A DNA stretch of 49,823 nt from Terriglobia bacterium (GTDB taxonomy: Bacteria; Acidobacteriota; Terriglobia; UBA7540): the NCBI GenBank assembly GCA_030040515.1, contig JASHTO010000348.1, positions 1 to 49,823 of the forward strand. Reading direction: 5' to 3'. The first letter of the stretch is position 1. Each line of letters opens with the position of its first letter. Shown here piece after piece: positions 35,520 to 44,572 of the stretch. The notes beneath the pieces were generated by a model. That model was not told the DNA's origin. It saw only the letters and a program-made list of their open reading frames with translations, and did not search any database. Position numbers and translations under genes: made by a program.

Positions 35520-36740
35520 GTGGCGCTGCTGACCGGTGGCGGCGACAGACCGTATGTGCTGGGGCTTGCTCCGGCGCTCATGAACCAGGGTGTGGTGCTG
35601 GACCTGATCGGCAGCGACTATCTTGACGCGCCGGAGTTCCACGGCAACCCTCAGGTAAACTTTTTCAACCTGCGAGGCGATCAGGGACAGCGGGCGAGCG
35701 CGCTGAAAAAGGTTTTGCGGGTATTGTCCTATTATGTGAGGTTGATTCGCTACGCCGCCACGGCGAAGCCCAAGGTCTTTCATATTCTTTGGAACAACAA
35801 ACTTCAGGCGCTCGATCGAACCCTCTTGATGTTTTATTACAAGCTTCTGGGGAAGCGTATTGCCCTGACGGCGCACAATGTCAACGCGGGAGTGAGAGAT
35901 TCCGGGGATACGCGTATCAACCGGCTTACGCTGCGCATCCAATACCGGCTTTGTGACCACCTGTTTGTGCATACCGAAAAGATGAAGAAGGACCTGGTCG
36001 AGGGATTTGGAGTCTCCCCGGAGCGGGTGACGGTGATCCCCTTCGGGGTCAACAGCGCTCTCCCCAATACCGGCCTTACGCCCGCCGGGGCGAGGCAGCG
36101 TTTGGCCCTCAAAGCCGGGGAGAAGGCAATTTTATTTTTTGGAAACATCGCGCCCTACAAAGGCCTTGAATACCTTGTGGAGGCGTTTCAGCGGCACCTG
36201 TCCCGAAACGGTGAGTACCGCCTGATCATCGCCGGCATCCCCAAGAATTGCGCGACCTACTGGGCCGGCATCCAGCAGGGGATTCGTGAGGACGTGCGGA
36301 AGGGGCGAATCATTCTGAGGGCGGAATTCATTCCCGACGCGGAGGCGGAGGTTTACTTCAAGGCTGCGGACGTTGTGGTGCTTCCCTACCGTTATATTTA
36401 CCAGAGCGGGGTCCTGTTCACAGGATTCAATTATGGCCTGCCGGCTTTGGTGGCCGATGTGGGCTCGCTGCGCGAGGAGATCATCGAGGGCGAGACCGGA
36501 TGGGTGTTCCGGCCGGAAGATCCCGCGGATTTGGCGCGGGCCATTGAAAAATATTTTGCCAGTGAACTGTTTGCGAACCTGACCGCCCGCAGGCCGGGGA
36601 TCCGCGATGGCGCCATTGCCAGCCATTCGTGGGATCGGGTCGCCCAGATTACCCAAAACGCCTATGCGGGCGTGCTTTCCAAATCCGCCCGGGGGAAAGT
36701 GTCGAACCCGCAAGCGTCAGGCGGCAGTGTTTCGGTTTAA
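35520..36740 (+). CDS. Family 4 (GT-B) glycosyltransferase
   Basis: GTG 35520 lies 6 nt after GAAAGGA. 'ILFFGNIAPYKGLEYLVEAF...VVVLPYRYIYQSGVLFTGFNYGLPALVADVGSLREEIIEGETGWVF'. Confidence 0.8.
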   Translation: MALLTGGGDRPYVLGLAPALMNQGVVLDLIGSDYLDAPEFHGNPQVNFFNLRGDQGQRASALKKVLRVLSYYVRLIRYAATAKPKVFHILWNNKLQALDRTLLMFYYKLLGKRIALTAHNVNAGVRDSGDTRINRLTLRIQYRLCDHLFVHTEKMKKDLVEGFGVSPERVTVIPFGVNSALPNTGLTPAGARQRLALKAGEKAILFFGNIAPYKGLEYLVEAFQRHLSRNGEYRLIIAGIPKNCATYWAGIQQGIREDVRKGRIILRAEFIPDAEAEVYFKAADVVVLPYRYIYQSGVLFTGFNYGLPALVADVGSLREEIIEGETGWVFRPEDPADLARAIEKYFASELFANLTARRPGIRDGAIASHSWDRVAQITQNAYAGVLSKSARGKVSNPQASGGSVSV

Positions 36741-36802
36741 ACCTGGGGCAGCCAATTCGCCTCCGAGGATCGAGGCCTTGAGACGCGTTGAAACCTTCTT
36801 TC

Positions 36803-38311
36803 ATGTCCGCATCACCACAATCACCAGACGCGCTGGCTACCGAGCACCTGCAAGCCGACTTGAAGGGTCGGTCGGTTCGTGGGGGAATGCTGACGCTTTT
36901 CGCGCAGGCCTTCACCTTCGTGATGAGCTCGGTCTCCACGATTGTGCTGGCACACCTGCTGACTCCGGCGGATTTCGGGTTGGTCGCCATGGTTACCGCC
37001 CTTACCGGGCTGGGGCAGGCATTTGCGGATCTCGGCCTGTCGGAGGCGACAATCCAGCGGCAGGAAATCACTCATCAGCAGGTCAGCATGTTGTTCTGGA
37101 TCAACGTCGCCATCGGGACGCTCCTGATGCTGTTGACAGCCGGTTTGGCCCCGGCGTTGGTTTGGTTCTATCGCGAACCGCGCCTCGAAGACATCGCCTT
37201 CCTGGCATCGCTGACGTTTCTTTTTGGCGGGCTCCGGGTGCAGCACAATGCGCTGCTGATGCGTCAAATGCGCTACGTGGCCATGGTCACGCGCGACATC
37301 ATATCCATCGCTGTGGCGGTGCCTCTGGCCATCATCGTAGCCTTGCGAGGATGGGGATATTGGGCCATTCTTGTTCTCCCCCTGACGTTCAATTTTCTTC
37401 AAATGGCGCTTTCCTGGGTGATGGTTCGATGGATTCCGAGCTTTCCCCGCCGCGGCGCCCAAGTTCGTTCCATGGTGGCCTTTGGGGGGAAGGTTGCCGC
37501 CTCGTATTTGGTAACCAACATCAACCGCAGCGCGGACAGCGTGCTGATCGGCTGGCACTTGGGAGCGCATTTGCTGGGACTGTACTCGCGGGCCTACAAT
37601 CTCCTGATGCTTCCTGTTCGGCAGCTCAGCGGGCCGGCCACGAGGGTTGCCGTACCGACTTTCAGCCGCCTTCAGAACGATCCCGAGCGCTTTGCCCGAT
37701 TCTACCTGCGGGCTTCAAATTTGATGACCTGGATTACCACGCCCGTCTTCGGTTACCTCTTCGTCGCCGCCGAGCCCGTGATTGTGCTGGTGCTGGGACG
37801 CCAGTGGCGGGATGCGGCGCCGGTATTTCAGATTCTCGCCATCGCAGCACTGGGGCAACTGTTCCTCGATTCGACGATGTGGCTGTTCGTGAGCCGTGGG
37901 CAATCGGCACGAATGCTCAAGCTGTTGCTTTACACGTCGCCCATCATTGTGGGCAGCTTTGCCGTGGGCTTGCCTTTCGGGATTAAGGGTGTGGCTTTCA
38001 CCGGTTCATTTGTGCTCGTTGCCATTTTCCCATGGTTTCTCAAGTACACTTTTCACGGAACCCTTTTGACCCTCAAAGACTTCGGGCGGGCGATCGCGCC
38101 CCCGATTGCACTGTGTTTCGCCGGTATCGGTTTTGCGGAACTGGCGCTTCGGCTGGTCCATCCCCAGAAGTTGATTTCACAGCTTTTGGTTTCAGCCGTG
38201 GGGTTTGCGGCGGCCTATCTGTTGGCGGCGGCCCTCCCCCCAATACGGAGGGAGGTCTCAGCCCTCCAGAAACTGCTGCAGGAGTTGCGCTATTCAAGGC
38301 AAGCCATCTAA
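36803..38311 (+). CDS. Wzx-type polysaccharide flippase (MOP superfamily)
   Basis: About 12-14 TM helices. 'LKGRSVRGGMLTLFAQAFTFVMSSVSTIVLAHLLTPADFGLVAM'. Start is either ATG 36803 or TTG 36788. The overlapping 459-aa Arg/Pro-rich frame (36607-37986) is rejected. Confidence 0.75.
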   Translation: MSASPQSPDALATEHLQADLKGRSVRGGMLTLFAQAFTFVMSSVSTIVLAHLLTPADFGLVAMVTALTGLGQAFADLGLSEATIQRQEITHQQVSMLFWINVAIGTLLMLLTAGLAPALVWFYREPRLEDIAFLASLTFLFGGLRVQHNALLMRQMRYVAMVTRDIISIAVAVPLAIIVALRGWGYWAILVLPLTFNFLQMALSWVMVRWIPSFPRRGAQVRSMVAFGGKVAASYLVTNINRSADSVLIGWHLGAHLLGLYSRAYNLLMLPVRQLSGPATRVAVPTFSRLQNDPERFARFYLRASNLMTWITTPVFGYLFVAAEPVIVLVLGRQWRDAAPVFQILAIAALGQLFLDSTMWLFVSRGQSARMLKLLLYTSPIIVGSFAVGLPFGIKGVAFTGSFVLVAIFPWFLKYTFHGTLLTLKDFGRAIAPPIALCFAGIGFAELALRLVHPQKLISQLLVSAVGFAAAYLLAAALPPIRREVSALQKLLQELRYSRQAI

Positions 38312-38328
38312 TACAGAGCGACATAAAT

Positions 38329-38378
38329 TGTAGCGGCGCTCTACGAGCGCCGACCGGCGGTCATAGACCGCCGCTACA
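38329..38378. repeat. REP-like compound palindrome (two 8-bp hairpins closed by a 5-bp outer stem), 18 nt after the flippase stop
   Basis: TGTAG-CGGCGCTC-TAC-GAGCGCCG-AC-CGGCGGTC-ATA-GACCGCCG-CTACA. The left arm recurs, reverse-complemented, at 2544-2568. Confidence 0.7.
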
Positions 38379-38578
38379 GCCAAATATGCAAACACTTATG
38401 TCGTTCCGTATAGAAACAATCGCCGGTTAACGCCACTGCCGGAAGGCATTTCGGAAAGTGACATGCCGGTGCCCAGACCGGACGGTAGAGTGGAGAAATT
38501 AGGAAAGCGCATGACTGCTGCAACCTGACGCGTTAACAAGTCGGATCGTTCCGTGAGAATGTGGGCAATTTCGCCATT

Positions 38579-39616
38579 ATGATTATTACCAGCACTCCCT
38601 TACGCATCTCGTTCTTTGGCGGCGGTACAGATTACCCGGTCTGGTATCGCGAGCATGGAGGCTCGGTGTTGGCCACCGCCATTGACAAGAGTTGCTACAT
38701 AACGGTGCGCAACCTGCCGCCGTTTTTCGAGCACCATAGCCGCGTCTCCTATTCGCGAGTGGAAAATGTGGCGAGGAACGACGCGATTGAGCATCCCTCG
38801 GTGCGCATGTGCCTGAAGTTCCTGGGCATTGAGCAGGGAGTGGAGATCCATCACGTGGCGGATTTGCCTGCGCGCACGGGCCTGGGCACCAGTTCCGCCT
38901 TCACCGTCGGCCTGCTCCTCGGACTGTATGGGCTGAAGGAGCAAATGCGCGACAAGCATTCGCTGGCCGCCGATGCCATCCACGTGGAACAAAACTTGAT
39001 CGGGGAGGCCGTGGGCTCGCAAGACCAAGTCACCGCCGCTTATGGAGGATTTAATCGCATTCACTTCAATACGGACGGGGGCATCGAGGTCAGGCGGGTA
39101 CTCATACCCCAAAACCGACTGGTAGAACTTGAGCGGCACTTGGCGCTCTTCTTCACCGGATTTTCGCGCACCGCTTCCGAAGTCGCTACCGAACAGTTGA
39201 AAGTAACGCCGAGCAAAAAGCAGGAATTGAACGCCATTTTGCAACTGGTGGACGAAGCCGAGGCCCTCATCGCCAATCCCCGCTGTTCGCTGCACGAATT
39301 TGGGCGATTGCTGCACGAAAGCTGGCAGATTAAACGCACGGTGACCCAAAAAATCTCGAACGCCGCCATTGATGAAATCTATGAGGCCGGCAGGAGCGCG
39401 GGGGCGGTGGGCGGAAAGTTGCTGGGGGCGGGCGGGGGCGGTTTCATGCTGTTTTTCGTACCCCCTGAGAGGCGACAGGAGCTCAGGATGCGTTTAAAGA
39501 AGCTTTTGTGCGTTCCCTTCACCTTCTCCAGCCAGGGAAGCCACATCGTCGTGTATGAGCCTGAAAAAGAGTATGATCAATCGCTTGCCGATGAAAGGCG
39601 AAACGTCTATTCCTGA
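38579..39616 (+). CDS. GHMP-family sugar kinase (HddA-like D-glycero-D-manno-heptose 7-phosphate kinase type)
   Basis: ATG 38579 gives 'MIITSTPLRISFFGGGTDYP'. GHMP motif II 'DLPARTGLGTSSAFTVGLL' and motif III 'KLLGAGGGGFMLFF'. Confidence 0.75.
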   Translation: MIITSTPLRISFFGGGTDYPVWYREHGGSVLATAIDKSCYITVRNLPPFFEHHSRVSYSRVENVARNDAIEHPSVRMCLKFLGIEQGVEIHHVADLPARTGLGTSSAFTVGLLLGLYGLKEQMRDKHSLAADAIHVEQNLIGEAVGSQDQVTAAYGGFNRIHFNTDGGIEVRRVLIPQNRLVELERHLALFFTGFSRTASEVATEQLKVTPSKKQELNAILQLVDEAEALIANPRCSLHEFGRLLHESWQIKRTVTQKISNAAIDEIYEAGRSAGAVGGKLLGAGGGGFMLFFVPPERRQELRMRLKKLLCVPFTFSSQGSHIVVYEPEKEYDQSLADERRNVYS

Positions 39617-39685
39617 GCTGCCGGATGCCGTCATCCGCTGCGCAGACGCCGGCAAGCGCTTGAGGGGAGTAAGGGAAAATCCCCG

Positions 39686-39724
39686 GCGGTGGCGGTCAGG
39701 CCCTTTTGAGGGGCCAGCCACCGC
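39686..39724 (+). other. GC-rich nested hairpin in the 155-nt gap between the kinase and SDR genes
   Basis: GCGGTGGC...GGCCC-TTTTGAG-GGGCC...GCCACCGC, with no U-tract following. Confidence 0.5.
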
Positions 39725-39771
39725 AAAGACCCCCGGCTTTGCCGGAGGATGATGACTCGCGAGGATCAAAC

Positions 39772-40734
39772 ATGAGGGTTCTGATTACAGGCGCCACGGG
39801 CTTCATTGGCAGATTTCTCACCCAACATTGCTTAGAGGCTGGAAGTACGGTAATGGGAATCGACCGGCATGGGTTGGAGGAGGCCTTGCCCGGCGCCACT
39901 CTGGAAGGTTGTGACGTTCGGGATGCCGTGCGCTTATCCGAGGTTTTGTCGACCTTTCGGCCCGACCGTATATTCCACCTCGCGGCACAAAGTTATCCCA
40001 CCGTGTCGCTCGAGCATCCGCGCGAGACCCTGGATATCAATGTGGGGGGAACCATCAATCTATTCGAATCGCTGCGCTCGGCGGGGATGAATCCGGTGGT
40101 GGTGGTGGCCTGCTCAAGCGGGGAATATGGGCCGGTGGCGGCCGAGGACTTGCCGGTGCGCGAGGATCACGCCCTCCGTCCCTTGCACCCCTATGGCGTG
40201 AGCAAGGTGGGGCAGGACTTGCTGGCCGCGCAGTATTTTGCCAACTACGGCATTCCCGCCGTGCGCATTCGGATCTTCAATTGCACGGGGCCCGGCAAGC
40301 TGGGCGATGTTTGCTCCGACCTCAGCAAGCGGGCGATTGAAATCGAACGGGGCAATCACCCGCCTTCCCTGCGAGTGGGAAACCTCGATAAACGCCGGGC
40401 CATCGTCGACGTGCGGGACCTCGTGCGGGGGCTCTGGCTGGCCGGCGAGAAGTGTGAAGCGGGTGATGTTTACAACCTCGGCGCTGACCAGCATTATTCC
40501 GTTCAAGAGATCATCGAGGCCATTCGCGCCCGAGTGAGCGTAGCCTTCCGCCTTGAGCAGGACCCGCAACTCGTGCGAAAATGCGATGAACCAGTCATTT
40601 CCGGAGACATTTCGAAGTTCCGAAGGCGAACCGGGTGGAAAACGGAGTTCAACCTGGCGAAAACATTGGAAGACATGCTGAACTGGTGGAGAATTCGAAC
40701 TGCCTCGGCCGCGCCGGCACGCACCCCTGCCTAG
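39772..40734 (+). CDS. Extended SDR, GDP-4-keto-6-deoxy-D-mannose reductase (Rmd)-like
   Basis: ATG 39772. 'MRVLITGATGFIGRFL', 'YGVSKVGQD' (YxxxK), 'RIFNCTGPGK...LRVGNLDKRRAIVDVRDLV' typical of the GMD/Rmd clade. Confidence 0.65.
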   Translation: MRVLITGATGFIGRFLTQHCLEAGSTVMGIDRHGLEEALPGATLEGCDVRDAVRLSEVLSTFRPDRIFHLAAQSYPTVSLEHPRETLDINVGGTINLFESLRSAGMNPVVVVACSSGEYGPVAAEDLPVREDHALRPLHPYGVSKVGQDLLAAQYFANYGIPAVRIRIFNCTGPGKLGDVCSDLSKRAIEIERGNHPPSLRVGNLDKRRAIVDVRDLVRGLWLAGEKCEAGDVYNLGADQHYSVQEIIEAIRARVSVAFRLEQDPQLVRKCDEPVISGDISKFRRRTGWKTEFNLAKTLEDMLNWWRIRTASAAPARTPA

Positions 40735-40787
40735 GCTGAGTAACCCGCTGAAATCACGCCTCTACAACGCGACGAAAGGATCGGACA

Positions 40788-42101
40788 TTGAGGATTAGCG
40801 TTTTTGGATTGGGCTATGTGGGAACGGTGTCGGCAGGGTGTCTTGCCCAGGATGGGCATGAAATTATCGGAGTTGATCCGGTTAAAACCAAAGCAGACCT
40901 CATCAATGAGGGGCGCACGCCAATTGTTGAAGCGGAGATCGGCGAAATCATCCTGGCGGCCCGGCAAGCGGGCCGATTGCGCGCCACTTCCGACCCGATT
41001 AAGGCCATCCGGGAAACGGAACTATCTTTCATCTGTGTCGGCACGCCCAGTCAGCCGAATGGCAATCTTGACTTGAGGTATATCCGGCGCATTTGCGAGC
41101 AGATTGGCGAAGCGCTGAAGACCAAGACGACGCGCCACGTTGTGGTGATTCGCAGCACCATCCTGCCCGGAACGATGCGGAAGATCGTCATCCCGACGCT
41201 CGAGGATTTTTCGCACAAAAAGGCGGGAATTGACTTTGGCATCTGTAACAATCCCGAGTTCTTGCGAGAAGGTACGGCCGTCAGGGATTTCAGGCGTCCA
41301 CCGAAGACCGTCATCGGTGAAATGGAATCCTCGAGCGGAGACAAGCTCGCTGAAATCTACGCGAAACTGGATGCGCCGCTGATTCGGACGGACCTGGAAA
41401 CCGCCGAAATGGTCAAGTACGTCGATAACTGCTGGCACGCGGTCAAGATCGGTTTCGCCAATGAAATTGGCGCTCTTTGCAAATCCATCGGAATCGACGC
41501 GCACCAGGTGATGGCGATATTCTGCCGTGATGAAAAGCTGAACATCTCCAGGGCGTACCTCCAACCCGGGTTTGCCTTTGGCGGTTCCTGCCTGCCCAAT
41601 GATCTCCGTGCGTTGAGCTATCAGGCAAAATTACAGGACATGGAATTACCGATCATCACCTCCGTTTTGCCCAGCAATGAGCGGCATATTTCCCGCGGTC
41701 TCCAGCTCATTACGGAAAAGGGCTCGAAACAGGTCGGCATTCTCGGATTCAGTTTCAAAGCGGGGACGGATGATTTGCGTGAAAGCCCCATGATCGAGGT
41801 CATCGAGCGGCTTATCGGCAAGGGGTACGACCTGCGAATCTACGACAAAAATGTAAGCCTGGCCAGCCTGGTGGGTGCGAATCGGGACTTCATCCTCAAC
41901 CATATACCGCACATTTCCAGGCTCATGGTGGACAGTGTGGAGGCGGTTTTGAGTCATGCCCACACGGTGGTGGTCGGCAATGACGATCCGGCGTTTCGAG
42001 GTGTGCTGGAGAAATTGCAGGACGGCCAGGTTCTCGTGGATTTTGTGCGAATTACCGACGGCAAGAGCGAAGAGGGCAAATATGACGGCATCTGTTGGTG
42101 A
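40788..42101 (+). CDS. Nucleotide-sugar 6-dehydrogenase, GDP-mannose 6-dehydrogenase (AlgD)-like
   Basis: TTG 40788 follows AAAGGA. 'MRISVFGLGYVGTVSAGCLAQDGHEIIGVDPVKTKADLINEGRTPIVE' closely parallels the remembered AlgD N-terminus. Catalytic 'AFGGSCLPNDLRAL'. 437 aa. Confidence 0.75.
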   Translation: MRISVFGLGYVGTVSAGCLAQDGHEIIGVDPVKTKADLINEGRTPIVEAEIGEIILAARQAGRLRATSDPIKAIRETELSFICVGTPSQPNGNLDLRYIRRICEQIGEALKTKTTRHVVVIRSTILPGTMRKIVIPTLEDFSHKKAGIDFGICNNPEFLREGTAVRDFRRPPKTVIGEMESSSGDKLAEIYAKLDAPLIRTDLETAEMVKYVDNCWHAVKIGFANEIGALCKSIGIDAHQVMAIFCRDEKLNISRAYLQPGFAFGGSCLPNDLRALSYQAKLQDMELPIITSVLPSNERHISRGLQLITEKGSKQVGILGFSFKAGTDDLRESPMIEVIERLIGKGYDLRIYDKNVSLASLVGANRDFILNHIPHISRLMVDSVEAVLSHAHTVVVGNDDPAFRGVLEKLQDGQVLVDFVRITDGKSEEGKYDGICW

Positions 42102-43293
42102 GCGATTGGAATCCACAGTCCGGGAGGGCCATTCGAAGGACCGGATTTGGGGTTCCATCCAGAGGCTTTGCGATTGGCTGGAAAAGAACGACTACCGGGG
42201 CTACGACACGTTTGATGGTTTGAGCTCAAAGGCACTGCGCCCGCTGACCTTTGAGAAGCCGTTTCTGCGCCAGGTCGTCCAACAGGGGGTACGCCGTTTT
42301 CCCTTCAATATTCGCCCGATTTTGGGAATTGGCAAGAGCCGTTCGACAAAAGGTATGGGGTTTCTGGCGCGAGGATTCATGCGCCTTGAGGAAGCCACGG
42401 GTGATGCGGCCTGGCGATCGAAAGCCGAGATGGCGCTTCAGTGGCTGACCAATAACAAATCCTCAGGCTATTCCGGGGCGTGCTGGGGAAACCATTTTGA
42501 TTATCAGGCGCGCGGGAATTTTTATCTGCCCAAAGGCATGCCAACCGTCGTGTGGACATCCCTGATCGGTCAAGCCTTTCTGGATGCCTTTGATCGGTAC
42601 AAGAGGGCCAGCTACCTTCAGGTGGCGGTCAGTGCTTGTGAGCACCTCCTGCGCGAGGTGGGAACGACCGCTGAGGAGGACGCGGTTTGCATCGGATACA
42701 CCCCCGCCCATTGCAGCCTGGTTCATAACGCGAGCACCCTTTCCGCCGCCCTGCTGGCTCGCACCTATTCGCACCAGCCGGAAGAATCTTTTCGAACGCT
42801 TGCCGAGAAGGCCCTTAAATACACCGCCCGGCACCAGCGGCCGGACGGGGCCTGGCCTTACGGTGAAAAACCCAATCAACAGTGGGTCGATAATTTTCAC
42901 ACCGCGTACGTGCTGGATTCCTTCAAGTGCTATGCCCAGGGAACAGGGGATCAACAATTTCACAAGACGATGATGGACGGGTACGCCTACTGGAAGGAAA
43001 CATTTTTCCTCGCCGACGGTACCCCCAAATACTATAACCACAAGACCGCGCCACTGGACATTCAGTGTTGCTCGCAGGCGATCGACACCCTGGTTTTTTT
43101 CCAAGATCTTGATGCGGATAGTCTGCCGCTTGCGCTGAATGTGGCGCTTTGGACAATTCAGAACATGCAGGACCGTTCGGGATATTTCTATTACCGGCGA
43201 TATTCACGTTGGTTGGTCAATAAAACCCCTACGCTGCACTGGGGGCAGGCAACAATGCTTTGCGCCCTTGCCGGCCTCTACAAACTCCTTTAG
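42082..43293 (+). CDS. Hypothetical protein, (alpha/alpha)-toroid-like; function unknown
   Basis: In-frame ATG 42082 overlaps the dehydrogenase stop by 20 nt. 403 aa, helix-rich and Trp/Tyr-rich ('CWGNHFDYQARG', 'RPDGAWPYGE', 'WVDNFHTAYVLD'). No family recognised with confidence. Confidence 0.3.
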   Translation: MTASVGERLESTVREGHSKDRIWGSIQRLCDWLEKNDYRGYDTFDGLSSKALRPLTFEKPFLRQVVQQGVRRFPFNIRPILGIGKSRSTKGMGFLARGFMRLEEATGDAAWRSKAEMALQWLTNNKSSGYSGACWGNHFDYQARGNFYLPKGMPTVVWTSLIGQAFLDAFDRYKRASYLQVAVSACEHLLREVGTTAEEDAVCIGYTPAHCSLVHNASTLSAALLARTYSHQPEESFRTLAEKALKYTARHQRPDGAWPYGEKPNQQWVDNFHTAYVLDSFKCYAQGTGDQQFHKTMMDGYAYWKETFFLADGTPKYYNHKTAPLDIQCCSQAIDTLVFFQDLDADSLPLALNVALWTIQNMQDRSGYFYYRRYSRWLVNKTPTLHWGQATMLCALAGLYKLL

Positions 43294-43311
43294 CGAAACG
43301 GGATCCCCAGC

Positions 43312-44502
43312 ATGGCCAGGAAAGTCCTTATCGTTGAGGAAAACTCCACGGTTCCCTTCGACCCGCGAGTCTGGAAGGAAGCATTATCCCTGAATCAGAA
43401 CGGCTACCAGGTGACCGTGCTGGCTCCGCGGGATAAGAGGGGCAAACTGGGGCACCATGTGATCGACGGGGTCCACATTTACACTCATCCTACTCCCAAT
43501 GAGGGCAGCACCCTCTTCGGCCATCTCTTGGAATTTGCCAGTGCGCTGTTTTGGGAGGTTCTTTTCACCTGGTGGATTTATTTCCGTCGCGGATTTGATG
43601 TTATCCAGGGTTGTAACCCCCCGGATACGATCTTTCTTGTGGCGCTGCCGTTTAAACTTTTTGGAGTGAAATACATTTTTGACCACCACGACGCCAGCCC
43701 GGAGCTTTACCTTTCGAAATACGACAAGAAAGGATTTCTCTACCGGGTGCTCGTATGGCTTGAAAAGCAGACGTTTCATTTCAGCGACGTGGTGATGGCT
43801 ACCAATAACAGTTACAGAGACCTGGCGATCAGCAGAGGGGGCGTTGAACAAAAGAACGTATTCGTGGTCCGAAATGGGCCCGAGAAGACCTTTAAACCGG
43901 TTACCCCCAACCCTGCCCTGAAATGCGGCAAGTCTTTCCTCATCGGCTATGTGGGAAATATGAATACTCAAGATGGTCTGGATCTTCTACTGGATGTTGC
44001 GTCGAACCTCAAAAACTCGGGCCGTAACGATATCCATTTCCGATTAGTGGGTGGGGGGCCGTCGCTGCCAGACCTCAGAAGGATGACCAAGGAAAAAGGG
44101 CTCGAGGAAATGGTTACCTTCACGGGCAGAATCTCAGACCCGGACATGTTGGAGAGTCTGTCCACTTCCGATGTCTGTGTGAATCCCGACAAGCCCTGCA
44201 AAATGAACGATATTTCCACCATGATTAAAATCATGGAATACATGGCGCTCGGAAAACCCATCGTTCAATTCCGCTCGACAGAGGGACGACACAGCGCGAT
44301 GGAGGCATCCCTCTACGCAGACGGTGATGACCCGGTGGCGGATTTCTCCAAAAAAATCGCCTGGTTGCTCGACAATCCCGAGGAAAGGAAGAAAATGGGG
44401 GAGTCCGGGCGAAGGAGAGTCGAAAGCGAACTGGCGTGGGAGTATTCGGTTCCAAACCTTCTCGCCGCATACGAGCGGGCTTTCAGTATGAGGCGACGCT
44501 GA
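43312..44502 (+). CDS. Family 4 (GT-B) glycosyltransferase
   Basis: 'MARKVLIVEENSTVPFDPRVWKEALSL', 'LIGYVGNMNTQDGLDLLL', 'CVNPDKPCKMNDISTMIKIMEYMALGKPIVQF'. Confidence 0.8.
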   Translation: MARKVLIVEENSTVPFDPRVWKEALSLNQNGYQVTVLAPRDKRGKLGHHVIDGVHIYTHPTPNEGSTLFGHLLEFASALFWEVLFTWWIYFRRGFDVIQGCNPPDTIFLVALPFKLFGVKYIFDHHDASPELYLSKYDKKGFLYRVLVWLEKQTFHFSDVVMATNNSYRDLAISRGGVEQKNVFVVRNGPEKTFKPVTPNPALKCGKSFLIGYVGNMNTQDGLDLLLDVASNLKNSGRNDIHFRLVGGGPSLPDLRRMTKEKGLEEMVTFTGRISDPDMLESLSTSDVCVNPDKPCKMNDISTMIKIMEYMALGKPIVQFRSTEGRHSAMEASLYADGDDPVADFSKKIAWLLDNPEERKKMGESGRRRVESELAWEYSVPNLLAAYERAFSMRRR

Positions 44503-44572
44503 TCGTCCCAGAGGTCTCGGGCCACTGATTCGTCAGGTGGACCGTGGCCGAAAATTTCCATAATCCGAACCT

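Noticed and set aside
36607-37986. 459-aa ORF overlapping the flippase gene in another frame
   Set aside because: Arg/Pro/Gly-rich low-complexity translation typical of off-frame reading in GC-rich DNA. The 36803-38311 frame gives a coherent multi-TM MOP flippase.
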